A stretch of DNA of 62,940 nt, filler included, from Folioceros fuciformis (Eukaryota), in assembly GCA_049999805.1 (NCBI GenBank). It is 4 parts of 4 records of this genome, joined end to end, with 100 filler letters (N's around TTAATTAATTAA, not from the genome) between each part and the next. Parts side by side here need not be neighbours in the genome. Positions count along the whole stretch, not along the records: positions 29,466 to 43,308 come from JBNGIO010004093.1; positions 43,409 to 52,580 come from JBNGIO010004094.1; positions 52,681 to 62,940 come from JBNGIO010004096.1; 1 more part is not named here. One strand, 5' to 3'. The notes beneath the pieces were generated by a model, which made no database searches, had not been told where the DNA came from, and saw only the letters and a program-made list of their open reading frames with translations. Below are positions 39,844-52,755 of this stretch, piece after piece (positions within the stretch are counted from its first letter, which is position 1; each line of letters begins with the position of its first letter). Both the position numbers and the translations under genes were made by a program.

Positions 39844-42800
39844 TCACTTTGCCCTTTCTTGAGGCCTTTCTCGCCTGCGAGTCCTCACAGGTGAGTCATG
39901 AGATGCATCATTCCCCTGGACGCAGCTGCTAACATGGGCAGCTGAAGTTGAAACCTCCATCCCATTAAGCACACAGTTTTCATCCTTCTTCCGAACCCCT
40001 GCTCGCATTGCTGCAGTTGCCATTGCCGATGCCACATGACTTGCTGGAAACGCGAAGAAACTTGAGCTCCCAAACAACTTGGACCCCACCTCATTTTCGA
40101 ACTCCTCAGAAGACTCCCTGCAGATAGCTATAGCATTCCCTTTCCTGTCATTACCCCTTACAGACTTGATGAGAGAGGAGGACGCCGCTGGCTGTCCAGT
40201 TGGCGAGATGCAACCCGGAGCATCCTGCATGGATCTAGAAGAACTTCCCGATGATCCAAATGGCTGTGATTTTCCAAATCCTCCAGAGAATGACTGTCCT
40301 CTGAAGGAAGGACTCGAAACTCCGTCTGCACCATTCTCTAACCTCTTCGCTTGAAAGGTGAAACCCGTCTGCCCCGAGAGGTCCAAAGGATTCAAGCTTG
40401 GGAGATGGTCATCAGTAACCTGCTCCTTCTCCTTGCTGTTCTCCAAGAGTAGCTTTGCACTGCCCTGCCTCTTGGACTCCTTTTTGCTGAGATTCTTAGA
40501 TACTCTCTCACTGTTGGACCTTCTGCTTCTGGGCTGAGGGGTTACGAGCAGAAGGCGGGACATGACATAAGCAAGCAGCTCCTCCCTGTGTGAGAAGGTG
40601 AAGTCCAGGTGTGCATACTCAAACTCTTCATATGAGGCCTCAACCCCACTTGCCTTCAAGGTGTGGTAGTGTTTCATGACCATGGACTTGGGAATCAGGC
40701 GGTCCTTCCTCCCTGCTACAACATCAACAGGGATGTTTATCACACCATAGTTTGCACCAATATCCAAAGGGTAGGGAGTGCCGTACGCCTCCAGATTGGC
40801 AGCAACACTCCCAAAATCATACATGATAAACCGCTTAGTGCGCATCATCTGTGCCAGATGGAGGGTAACATTGTAGGCTACTCCTGGCATATCATCCATA
40901 TTGTAGTGAGACAGCCCAATTGCACCCACCCAATTTGAGCTGTCACCTCCGACAACGTAACTCATAAAAATCTGCACCAATCCTCCTAGTGCTGGATAAT
41001 TCTGAAAATCTCTAGCTAGTTTGTTGAAAAGCATTCGGAAAAACTTGGTGGGGATATAAAAACCTGGGACAAACGGGCGCAATACAGGCTCTAAAATAGG
41101 AAGCGCATATTGCAAAATTGTACAGGAACGTGGAGCATTCTCATGAAAGCCTGCAGGTGATAGGAGAATGAGTCTGGATAGACGATGTGGCTTCCCTTCT
41201 AGCCGTCTTGTAACTACATACATCAGTAAAGCAGCTCCACCAAGACTGTGAGCTACGGCACAAAGTTTGTAAGGCTGATCCTCCTCAGAAGAACTGGCTG
41301 CAGCTTCCGCCCTATCAGTGTCTGTCTCCAGCTGCTGCAGTTCGGATTTCTTGATCTCGTGGATTCTGTTGATCATGGAAGGTATGTCAAACGTACCATG
41401 CTCATTAATGGAGTACCTCCAATATCTGCAAACATGTGAACGTCAATGATCGATGATCCATCTGATACCTCAATCAATCCCGCACGACAAGTGCCATCAT
41501 CAGCGTATTCGGAGAAATAAGTCCAGAATCATCCTGTTTTCTCACCTCTGCGGTGAAATGTGCTTATTCACGTGCTCTCTCGATGCCAGACCACGAAAGT
41601 TTCCTAGATAGACATCATATCCTGCAGGCCAGCTCACCATTCAGCGTCAAGTGTGAAGCAAGGCAACAATGACGTGTTGTTCGCACGTAAGAGAGCAGGA
41701 CAGCCTGCTAATACCTTGGTCATAGGCCGCAAAAGCTTGTGAACCAACAACTCCATTCGAAACCCATCTACACGAGTGAAAAAAGGCCCATCACAAACCA
41801 GACCTCAGAGGTGCAACTGGCAAAACCTGCAGAGGGCTCCGCAGCATGCTTGAATTGCACGAACATGAAAACAAAAACACATACCCCAACGACGAATCCA
41901 ACAAACCATGTTGCAAATATAAAGCTTTCCGGGACTGCCGCCTGCAGCAGGGACATGGAATCAGGTCCACAACTCTGCCTTAGCCAGATCAGCATGTAAA
42001 AGAAAGCACTAAAAAACTGCAGTCGTTCACAACATAAAAACCTGCCTCGGAATTCTCTCAAGCAGCAAGACATGTCCGTCAGGGGTGGTGACCCGCAAAG
42101 CTTCGTAAGGATACCTGAAAGGTCAGAATTGTTTAACACAATATGAGAGAAACAACGTCAAGACGCGGGTAAGGATGGAAACTGCGGCAGCAACGCACCC
42201 AAGGTTGGTGATGACGTCTTCACAAGTCCGAGCATCCGTGTTCAAGGACTGGTTGGATTGGTATCTTTCACTGGGAGCAGGATCGGCATCCCCCAGCGTA
42301 GCAACAGGCTCCAGGTCTCGCCCAGCGGGATACTGGGTGTCCCCGAAAACAATCTTCCTCACAACGAGCTTCAAGGTTTCCAGCGGCGAGAAAACAGGAT
42401 AGAACATGACCCGCACCATATCGAAAACCTTTTCTATGGAGAGCTCAATCAGCAGCTGCAGATCCTGCAACACAACGAACCCATCAGACCCCGCGCCAGG
42501 GAGGAAAACGCTACACACTCACGCAAAGAGCCCCCAAGACACCAACTTCGATGACTCCTCGCCGACGGTTGGGAGCATCGTGGCTTCCGAAATCCTTGAT
42601 GCTGCTGTGGTGCCGACTGAGGAAGTACATCTTGTTCAAACTCTGTGCGCTGCTGGACCGGCTGTGAATCCTGGCCCCAGGTCTAGCAGGCACCGTAACC
42701 CCTAGCAGCCAGCGCAGCGGCAACGTGAGGAAGCGCAGAATCCAGCGCAGCCACCAGAAGACGTGCACACTCTTATCGTGCCGGGAGGCGGCCACGACGC

Positions 42801-43234
42801 TTCGGCGCGAGAAACTCGAGCAGGGCGACGACGGCGAAATACTGCTGTCGTCGTCCTCCGCCACGGACGAGGCGCAGTCTGAGTCCCCATCCAATTCGTC
42901 ATCCGTCTCGTACTCGTCAATGAACTGGTTGAAGGACGACACTCCTCTGCATGCCAACCCGATTCTTCCGTCACCACACCCGCAGTCCGCTCCCCACAAT
43001 CAACAGCCCACCATACCCCAACAAAACCCAACACCAAGATCAAGAACCCAGAATCCATACTCTTCCATCCACCGCGGCAGCCTGGGCGGCCGAAACGTAG
43101 GCCTCAGCTCCCACCCCTGCACGCCCTCCATGACCGAAGTCCTCCCGGGCAGCACCGCCAGCAACAATGCAGAGAAGCCATTGATGAGCTTCACCGCAAT
43201 GTTAAAGCTCTCCTGCGTGATGGTCTTGGTGGAC
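39844..43234 (-). CDS. Alpha/beta-hydrolase lipase with long N-terminal extension; first exon not found (probably lost at the 43309 join)
   Basis: GWELRPTFRPPRLPRWM, RRRGVIE|DLQL, LNTDARTCEDVI, AYDQ|GYDVYLGNFRG, YSINEHGTFDIP, AHSLGG (Ser), GRKD (Asp), YAHLDFTF (His). Confidence 0.88.
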
Positions 43235-43308
43235 CTGCCCACACCCCGCGCAGAAAAAGGTCACAAGCTCCGCCACTGCATCGCAATTTCACTCCCAGGA
43301 CCCAAATC

Positions 43309-43408
43309 NNNNNNNNNNNNNNNNNNNNNNNNNNNNNNNNNNNNNNNNNNNNTTAATTAATTAANNNNNNNNNNNNNNNNNNNNNNNNNNNNNNNNNNNN
43401 NNNNNNNN
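43309..43408. other. Artificial contig-join spacer (N44-TTAATTAATTAA-N44)
   Basis: Same linker as at 29366. Confidence 0.95.
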
Positions 43409-44288
43409 GCACCGCCACCTCCCACGCAATCTTCAAAACCAAGTCGTCCGTCCACGCATCCCTAACGGCAAATGCACTTCCCAGCACCACTCCCAGTTCA
43501 ACAATGCCAGCAGCTGTCCGCGATTTTCTTGCTCCCTGTCAACGCCACTTCTAGAAGAGCTCTCGACAGGCAGCCAAGATTCTCGTGACTCTGCGCTGGC
43601 CTACGCTACCATGCACCTTCGCGTACCTCCGGCGCTCTGTGGAACATTACGAAACCTGTGCACTCCGCGCCCGCGGTTGCCAGCTAGCGTGCTCCTCCCC
43701 ATCGGGAAACGATCTCAGATTCTGCCTGGCAGTAAACAAACAGTCACCTGCTACCGCTATCAGCCTGCATGGCAGAGGCTCCGCCCGTGATCAGTGTATC
43801 ATGCGCCTTCCCAGACCTATTCTGGCAACAGGAATGACAAGGGAAGCAAGATGTGTCACTGCAGCCACGAGTAACCTGGTACAATGCAGGGAGCGACGGG
43901 TCCCAAAGAGCGGCAGCAAGCGCCTCCCATGCGTCGAGCTCCTCAGGGAAAGGCATGAAATGCCGCGTATTTTCAAGTCGGGAGAGATCGGAGGGAGAGA
44001 GAGAGTGACCTGGATGCCCAAACCGGAGGTTCGAAAGAGAAGCTCTGCCTCAACGGGTCGAGGCCTGCTGTCAAAAGTTAATTACAGTCGACGGTGACCT
44101 CGGTACTTAACAACTCGTTCATACCTACTTGCACGAAGGCATACCTTTTCTTAGGCACCCCAAGTGAGTGGGCAGGATCCTTAATCACAGTCTTCTTAGA
44201 GATGTGTGTCAATTTGGGCTTAGCCATTTCGACACACAAGTTAGGCACACCCTAACCAAGTTATAAACACCTTGGCATATCTCTTCTA

Positions 44289-44392
44289 TGCTTATCTTGT
44301 ACCTCTCCTACTCTTGTTTATCTTGTACCTCTCTTACTCTTGCTTATCTTGTACCTCTCCTACTCTTGCTTATCTTGTATCTCTCCTACTCT
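44289..44392 (+). repeat. 26-bp minisatellite, 4 copies
   Basis: TGCTTATCTTGTACCTCTCCTACTCT at 44289, 44315, 44341, 44367 with 0-2 mismatches. Confidence 0.9.
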
Positions 44393-44444
44393 TACTTTGT
44401 TTTTGATTTTGCCATGATCCCCTTTCCATCACATTAGCCCCCCT

Positions 44445-44520
44445 TGCTCATCTAGACAATGCTCATCTAGACACTACCCATCTAGACAATGCTCATCTAG
44501 ACAATGCTCATCTAAGACAA
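44445..44520 (+). repeat. 15-bp minisatellite, about 5 copies
   Basis: TGCTCATCTAGACAA units from 44445. Confidence 0.85.
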
Positions 44521-46505
44521 TGTAAGCCTCGTAGTCAACATTAGGAGACTCAGAAAACTATGGAAGGATGGCAAATAAACCTATTATGCTAAGGTTCGTA
44601 CGAGGAATGGGATGGCACTCCCTAGTCAAGAGGAGCAAGGAGGCCGGCTGGGTGTTCACAACCTGAGGCCATGGCAGCTTGGACCACGACAATGGAACCA
44701 TGCTTGCACATGATTTTGGTTTCCACATCCAAGCTAGACGGAATCGCCTGTTCTTCTGCACTTTGGTTGGCTGTCAAGAACATGTGGATCGAACGCTCCG
44801 GAAGTCCCTGCTTCTGACTGCAGCATGTCTTCACCTGTAAGTAATCTCCCTGCCTGTTATCCCGCTGTCCAGTCTGCGAAAGACTAGAACCTCGTTTCTT
44901 GCTCATCAGCATGGGGTAGGCGCACGCAGCACCTCAAGTTCCGGACACAGTTCCTCCCTAGGTCACCGATGAAGCAACTAAGCTGCTTCTGTGTGGTGAG
45001 CAAATCTTAAACCTGCATGACCACGCCATTACCCCTCCTCCTAAGACGCTCATTTGAATTCAAGTCTGTTCGAGAATTTCCAAGACTGTCGAAAAAGCTG
45101 CTCTCTGCGACGCTTGTTCAAGCATGCTTGAACAGAAGACACACTTCCCAGGCAGTACGACGCCCTCCGACTCTCCTGCACAGGCAGGACTCTGCAGCCC
45201 ATGTGCTACAGCAGAACCGTACGATCATTGGAGTCCTTGTCAGCACACGTATGGCGTACGTAGCTATGTCCTGTCACATAGTTGGCTCCAATCCCACATG
45301 TCTGCGAGCACCTTTCGAGGTCGCACCAATTGGTTGACTCCAATGCCACCTCTCTGTGAGCAACTTTCAGGGACGATAGATGCGCGATACATCGACCTCC
45401 CTTCTACGCGAATCCACCAGTAGGCCCTTCCGTTACCAACAGGACAACAAGTTAAAGCCCTCCTTCACGACCTTCGCGTGGAGCAAGGATGTCTCTCACA
45501 CCACCGCGGCACGTGATGCATACTCCGGCGGTAGCAGCATTCCCGTGCTGGCTTGTGTGCGTCCGTTCTAATCTAGCCCCGTCCACGACATCGTCCGTGT
45601 AACATCTCTTCCTGGACGTAGTCTAGTTATCTGGCCCCACGGAACGATGTAGAAATCTTGTCCAGGGTAAGTCACAAGGCCCCTGTAGAAGTTGGACACA
45701 TTCGCCGTCGCTGCAAATCTCATTGTAACTCTGCCCCACTTGCAGCATTTCACCTGCTCTCCACGATGAGACGCCAGCCACGTGTAGAGGCCTGCCGTGA
45801 CCGTGTCTTCATAGATAAACTGCTCTACTCAGCTCCGGCGAGCAATGTTGTTTGTCATGGGGTTTGTGATTCGTAGCTTGTAGGATTGGAGTTTCAGGGT
45901 GGCGTGTGCTGCACATCACCCTTGGTGTGTTGTTGTGTATTGCGAGAGACGTACCGAGAGACACAGCACCCGCAGCCCATACCACTGTTCGGGATTGGTC
46001 TTGGCCAGGGCCGGGATAGCGCTACCCTCACCCCAATGCAAGAGGGAAGCTCACGCTGCTTGACGAGCACGCCACCATGAGTAGCGCACTGCTGGAACCT
46101 TGCTTCTCGCCTTTCGGTATCGACATCGGCATCGGCTTGGCTGCGGATGCGTCGATATGACCGTGTTGGCAGACGCCGTTATGTGAACTTTGCTGATTGG
46201 CAGTTAGGCCGTGGTGAATAGCAGGCAGGTTTGCAAAGCGAGTGTTCATATTTGGGCCAGCGTCGAGGCCCCCGTGTAGGGGAATGTGATTTGTGTGTAG
46301 CCTGAGGCCCCCGATCGGCAGCGCGGCCATGTGAAATGGACGCTTCCGCGCCTGGGAATGGCAGGTAGGAACCATGCCCGCGGGGAGAGCCGGCGGCGGA
46401 GCGCATGCAGAGACGTCGCAGGCTGTGGCGTCGAGGACAGGGTAGGTCATCGTGGGTGACATCCCATCCGGTGCACGTCGGAAGGAGGCGGTTGGAACTG
46501 AAGAT

Positions 46506-47694
46506 ATGGCGGAGACGGAGGTGCTCCTGCATGTGTACGATGTCACGAACAGCATGTCGGTGAGAGCTAACAGTGCGATAGTGCAACTGAACAAGCTGAT
46601 GCGGGACGGGCTGGCTTTCGGTGGAATTTTCCACGGCGCCGTTCAGGTGTGGGAGACTGGAAGTTCCATATCCGGTCCGGTCCGGAATGTGATGTGAGAT
46701 GTGCTGGGATATAGGGTAGCGGCGAAGAAGGCAAGTTTTGCCCTAATTCTGCCGTGCCGTGGTGTTTGTGTGGCAGGTGTATGAGTATGAATGGTCTTTT
46801 GGGTATTGTGATAGCGGTACCGGGGTTTTCCCCTGTGTGCCCAAGGGGAATTCCATGTATACATACAGGGAAACGCTCTCTCTTGGAGCAACCAGGTTGT
46901 CTGCAGATGAAGTGGAGGATGTGTTGAATCGTCTTAAAAGGGAATGGCCAGGGTATACCTACGATCTGCTTTCCAGGAATTGTAACCATTTCTGCGAGGA
47001 GTTTTTGGAAAGGCTTGGGGCACAGAAGCTGCCTGGTAAATGATTTCATTTGTGGATGATGATGTTCACGTCTTGTGTTCTTCTCCGTCACTTCCCCTTC
47101 GGTTGCCTTGTCTTAAGGAGATGGGATTCCTGAGCCTGAGCCTCTGTTGTCTGCGATGGTTACAGCCTGGGTGAATCGATTTGCAACAGCCGGGGATGCA
47201 GCCGTGGAGGCTGCAGCTAACACTATGGATAAGGTCTGTTTTCGTTTTGACACCCGTTCTTGCTACCCCCCTGTCTCAATTGCCCCATTTGTTTGGGGGC
47301 AACCTCTTTTCCCTCCTCAGACTGTCTTCGTGCCCTCCAGAACGATGAGCTAATACTTCTCGTGGGATTTTTCCATGAACAGCTGAGGCAAGCCAAGACG
47401 GAAATTGTGTCAGCCGGTAGAATTGCCTTGAAGTTTATTTTGGGCAACACTGCAGTACGTCCTGATCCGGCTTCCCCAGATGGAAGCAGTTCACGTTTGC
47501 TGGGCTCATTTACCAGGAGCAACTCAGGTGGGTCTGGTTCATCAAGATTGAGATATTCACCTAGGTCATCGCCATCCATTTCTGAGCCATCCGCAAGGAG
47601 GGAGTCGGGCTTTGGAGGAGAGAAGGTGAACTCCGACAGGCCCGACAGAAGCAGTCCTTCCTTTTGGGGTGATTCTTTTGGAACTAGTTTCTGA
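46506..47694 (+). CDS. PPPDE/DeSI-like deSUMOylating/deubiquitinating thiol peptidase
   Basis: VLLHVYDV, GGIFHGAVQ|VYEYEWSFG (catalytic His), YDLLSRNCNHF (catalytic Cys), P|AWVNRFA; four exons; Ser-rich tail. Confidence 0.92.
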
Positions 47695-48211
47695 AGTGAG
47701 GGGACGGGCTAGTTGTGTACCAATAGATATCAACGATTGCACGTTAGGACGACTAAACCAGAGTACCTAGGTGTATTTGTTCACACGCTTGGGTCCGAAG
47801 AAAATATTCTTGTGCTGTATGGAGATATTCCTGTGGTGTGAAAAGATATTCTTGTGCAAGACTATCACACTGTACATTCGACCTCGGGGATATTTTTTCA
47901 AGTCTTGACTACACTGTGCAGTTACCTGAGCACGTGTGTCTCGCTTGAAACCCGGAGGATGTTGCCCGTGTTTGCCAGTTCGCTGTTCATTGCGACTTGT
48001 TCGTTGTGGACGTGCTTGTGCATCCAGGATTGAACCTATAACTTTGGGAGTGACTTGGAAAAAAATTGACGTCCGTTGAACGAAGTGACAGTGTACAAAC
48101 TAGTATTCCAAGCTTCGCTCTCACGGGATTAACTGATACGGAAAAATTGAGACTGTCCCAATTTCTCGTTCGAGTACGGGCATCGAAGTTGCTGGAAACG
48201 GCAAGCTGATC

Positions 48212-49719
48212 CTATCTCCTCTGCGTAGCCGAGGCAGGCTGATGCTGCCGCTGAAAAAACTCTTGAATTTGTTGAGGCGTCATGACGGCACTTCCGATCT
48301 CGTGCTTCGACTCAATCATTTGCGACTGCAGCTGCAAAACCAAACCAAGAAACGAAATAGTTTACGATCTTTCCTCTGCACAAATGATTCACTGGTCTAA
48401 GGGAAAGCATAACCTCTTTCAAAGAGGAACATAAACAAACATCCAGGGGCAAGGAGATGACGGAACCACTCTGCATACCCCTTGGAGGAAGCTCCTCTGC
48501 TGATCCACGGGGAGGCCCCGCACCTGCTGTAACATTCTGAGTTGCTGCAAACATTACGCCCAGCACATTTGCTAAGCAGATCTTTTCCTCTGCGGCACAG
48601 CTACTCATCCAGGTGCTGCGCAGGGTAGCACCTATTTCACCTGTTCCTGAAGCTTCTTGAACTGTTGCATCTTCTGTTGGAAGGCCTCTGGACCTAGCTC
48701 TGCCTCATCACATGCCATTTCTTCCCTGAGTGGAACCAACAGCATTCCATCATCAGCCTCCAAAACCTCACCATAGTTATGTTTCTCCAAGCCACAGTGT
48801 ACACTAGTCAGCATGAAAGATGCGGGTATTAATGGGTAAACACCTGGAGACAAACTCATAAAATTTGAGCATTAATTCTCGATCATCCTTGTACACAGAG
48901 TTGACTTTGGAAAGGCAGGTTATACCAAACTTAGGTTCTGTGACATGACAGCTAAGAGTGTTACTTCGTCTAACATGTCAGAACATGACACAAGAAAGCT
49001 ATCTTGTCGGATTGCCTGTGGAGAAGGCTCACCAACACCCATTTTCTTAAGAAGATCCTCTTGAATCTCCGTAGTGACGGATACTGCCTCCTGCTCAGAC
49101 AGCGATGCCTCATAAGCTACGTGTCCACAGCATTGACCTAAACCTTGAGCCCGCCCTTGCAAGAAAGCTTTCTTAGCACTAGCTTACACGTTCACTCCAC
49201 TATTACAACCTCATGATACCATCTACGCTCATTGGACGACTTCTTCTACGTAAGGCAGTTTCACAAGTCAACCACTTCAGCTGGACCTTTACAAAAACTA
49301 CGAGCCAGCAAACGCACCTGTTTGGCTTTCACAGCGTCCGAAATCCTGCTTTTAACCTCTGCTCAAATACAACAAGCACAAACACAGCCCTTGCAATCTC
49401 AATCTGATCGGCGAACGCCGCGTCCAACCAACGCATTTCCACACCCAAGATTGCATCAGAACAGGCCGGATGAACAAGACATGGACATGCATCCACGGCT
49501 CAAAATTTCCTTCCATCGAGAAGAAGGACGTTCGCACCTGCACTACAGGTTCGGGGAGTGCTCACCAGGCTTCTCAAGGGCTGCAGAAAACTCCACAAAG
49601 AGCTGAAGCAACTGCTCTCGGGACAGCATTCCTGATGTTTGAAGGCTAGGTCCCCCGGAAGTAGCCCCGCCGGCGAACAGGGAACTCGTGGAATCCGACA
49701 ACCACTGAAACACAGACAT
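48212..49719 (-). CDS. Conserved hypothetical helical protein; N-terminal half loosely resembles protein C10/GRCC10
   Basis: Seven GT-AG exons splice in frame (49719-49566, 49358-49318, 49090-49033, 48937-48844, 48725-48641, 48544-48479, 48331-48212): LSREQLLQLFVEFSAALEKPEVKSRISDAV..AVSVTTEIQEDLLKKMGVEPKFGITCLSKV..YKDDRELM..REEMACDEAEL. The gene model is solid; the family assignment is tentative. Confidence 0.75.
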
Positions 49720-50160
49720 CCTAATCAACCACGATGTTGATGTTACTGCCTTGACCAAGACCTGCAGTCCACGAGAGGAAATCAGAGGGCAAGAGCATAA
49801 TCTGGGAACATCGTTTTCGCTTCGTCGGCAGACGCAAAGGAGGCGCCGTTCAGAAGCGAAAATCAAACGATACCACAGACAATAGCGATTTACGACACCA
49901 GTACCGCAGCCAGAAGCCGGCACGAATTCGCGTTTGAACGTCGACGACGGGTTCGAATCCAACAACTTCACAGACGGCAAGCAATAAAAGAGCTTTGTCT
50001 CCAGTCATCGTACCGCGATCATATCCGAGTGCAGACTGAGACGGCCTTCGAATATTTTAAATACAATCCTTCTGATATCTTAAAGTATGGTATGGTATAC
50101 ATTGTAAGCCTCTAGGACCTATACCTAGTGTAACAACAGGATAAAATAAATATACATAAA

Positions 50161-50990
50161 TCAGTGGCTTGTGAGTCGCTTATGACCAGCCTTCATAATA
50201 GCAATCACATTGTTGTGAACTTCGGGTCCTCCAACATGGAAATCACATTGTTGTGAACTTCGGGTCCTCCAACATGGAATGTGCATAATAGCAATGGTCC
50301 TCCGGGTCCTCCAACATGGAATGTGCATAATAGCAATGGTCCTCCAACATGNNNNNNNNNNGCATAATAGCAATGGTCCTCCAACATGGAATGTGCATAA
50401 TAGCAATGACATTGTTGTGAACTTCGGGTTCCCCAATGTGAACTTCGGGTCCTTGGGGAACTTCAGGTCCTTGGGGTCCTCCAACATGGAATGTGAGCTA
50501 AGTGAACTTCGGGTCCTTGGGGAACTTCAGGTCCTTGGGGTCCTCCAACATGGAATGTGAGCTAAGAGTCCTTGGGGTCCTCCAACATGGAATGTGAGCT
50601 AAGAATGCACTTTAAGAATGCAAGCAAGTGCATGGGGCTTCAGTGCTTTAGTGGCTTGTGGCCAGCCTTCAGGCTTCAGTGCACTCTAAGAATGCAAGCA
50701 AGTGCATGGGGCTTCAATGCTTTAGTGGCTTGTGGCCAGCCTTCAGGCTTCAGTGCACTCTAAGAATGCAAGCAAGTGCATGGGGCTGCAGTGCTTTAGT
50801 GGCTTGTGGCCAGCCTTCAGGCTTCAGTGCACTCTAAGAATGCGAGCAAGTGCATGGGGCTTCAGTGCTTTAGTGGCTTGCGGCTAGCCTTCAGCCTTCA
50901 TAATAGCAATGACATTGCTATGAACTTCAGGTCCTGCAACATGGAATGTGAGCTAAGAATGCAAGCAACTGCATGGGTTTCTTGCAGACT
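50161..50990 (+). repeat. Compound nested minisatellite (~33-bp variant units and a 74-bp unit, ~3.8 copies)
   Basis: GGTCCTCCAACATGGAA(TGTG) recurs about 8 times in 50220-50600; 74-bp period TAAGAATGCAAGCAAGTGCATGGGG... at 50613, 50687, 50761, 50835; 10-N gap at 50352-50361. Confidence 0.9.
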
Positions 50991-52580
50991 TAGGAGGAAA
51001 GCTAAAATGTTTGTCTATGCACTATAGTGTGGGTGTAGCTACTACACACACCCATGGCCCTATCCAACCTCATCACAAAGAATGAAATAGAGGAGCTTAA
51101 TCGTGGGCAGACTGAACAACCCTTTTGGTAGATTTGGTATACTTGGAGGAACCCTTGAAACTGCGATGAGCACTGAACCAAGCACATGTGTTACATATGC
51201 CAATGCAATCTCAGTTAGTGGTGCAAGCAACCTAGTGTACTCGTTCTTGGATTGTGGCTCCAAGTTTGATATCGAAGAGAATTACGCATCCTTCCTGCAA
51301 GCTACGCATGTGCCCTTGCTTCCAACATAATACTAAATCCTTTGCGAAGGGTGAACACTTGCAAAAGAGACCTGAAGGCCTCTCATGCCCTATTCCTCCA
51401 CTGCACTTGCGGTGTTATTGTGTAAGGTAGATACAAAGGCGCACCTTCACCCTAAACCATCCATCCCTGCATGGATGGAAAGAATACCCATGCACAAGAT
51501 GTAAGCGCCGTCTGGGCACAAGGTGTAGGTGCTGCTCCTTGCCCGTTGAGCTATAGGGTGAAGTGTGGAAAAATGGTGGTATGAAGTCCAAGGAATGATG
51601 GGGGTAGAAAAAATGTAGGACAAAGCAATGCATGGAGAAGGAAGAAAGGTATGGATCAGAAAAGATTATGAACGAAGAAGAAATAGAAGAAAAGATTGTG
51701 AACGAAGAAGAAACTAAGTTATGGGAATCTTCTCAATTTTTGATTGGTCCACCCAAGTGCCAGAAGAAAAACACCTTCATCCTGTATTGTACCTCATAAT
51801 GTGATGTGGAACCCTAAAATCAGTATCTTACAACTAATAAAAGCCACCTAACTTGTGCTAATAATATACTTTAAAATATATATTTTTTCTTTCATCGCAT
51901 CTCGAACATAATGCATGATATTCACTTGGTTGGTGTGATGTGTATTCCAGCACTCCACTGGCACAATAATAGATTGTTCTTCACGTAGATGCATTTTCTC
52001 TTGGGCTTGGTGCGTCCTCTCTAGCTTGCTTGCTTTCAAGAATCCGACGTCGCGCTATACGCGTTTCATATGGCCCTTTCTTCTCCCACAAGGAGATTCT
52101 TTGTAGTTGTGCTTCATCTGTGACGAAGGCCATGGCTATGGCAGCCGTAGTAGCGAATTCGGCATGCTGCGGGGCGGCATGCGCTGGCAAGGGAGGGAGG
52201 TCAGATGGACGAGCCGTGCTGGCCATAGCGGCTGCGTGCAAGCTGGGGATTCACGCCTGCGAGGGCTTGGGAGGAGGATGGGGCTTATCCAGCCTGTCGC
52301 AGCGCGCTGCAGCAGGCCTAGTGGCTCGGGACGGCGGCGAGGAGCGGGAAGGAGAGTCCATGATCGGGGACTACTGCTTGCTGTACTCCCCCATGAAGGA
52401 GTTGTCTCCTGCGCGGGGCAAACGCAGAGTCGGTGTTGGCTTGGTGGCTGCGTCGGGGCGTGCTTCCGGACGGAGGTGGCAGGCTAAGGTAGTCCCCGAT
52501 CAGGTCACCAATGGAGCGTTTGCGGATGCTGGTGCAGGTGTGTTGCGTCGGAATATGCTCCTTGGCAGTGTGATTTGGAG

Positions 52581-52680
52581 NNNNNNNNNNNNNNNNNNNN
52601 NNNNNNNNNNNNNNNNNNNNNNNNTTAATTAATTAANNNNNNNNNNNNNNNNNNNNNNNNNNNNNNNNNNNNNNNNNNNN
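52581..52680. other. Artificial contig-join spacer (N44-TTAATTAATTAA-N44)
   Basis: Same linker as at 29366 and 43309. Confidence 0.95.
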
Positions 52681-52755
52681 TCCTCTCTGCCTCCTCTTCT
52701 CCTCTCCTCCACCATGCTCCTCTAGTGTTCCTACAACATTATGGCACCTTAACCG

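Noticed and set aside
44550-46400. Short ORFs between the minisatellites and the PPPDE gene
   Set aside because: No family motif and no convincing exon chain.
50220-50600. CRISPR-like look of recurring GGTCCTCCAACATGGAA
   Set aside because: The intervening sequences are themselves repeated, spacing is irregular, the context is eukaryotic and there are no cas genes.
52030-52580. GC-rich 200-aa ORF running into the spacer
   Set aside because: No motifs, truncated by the contig end and open on both strands.
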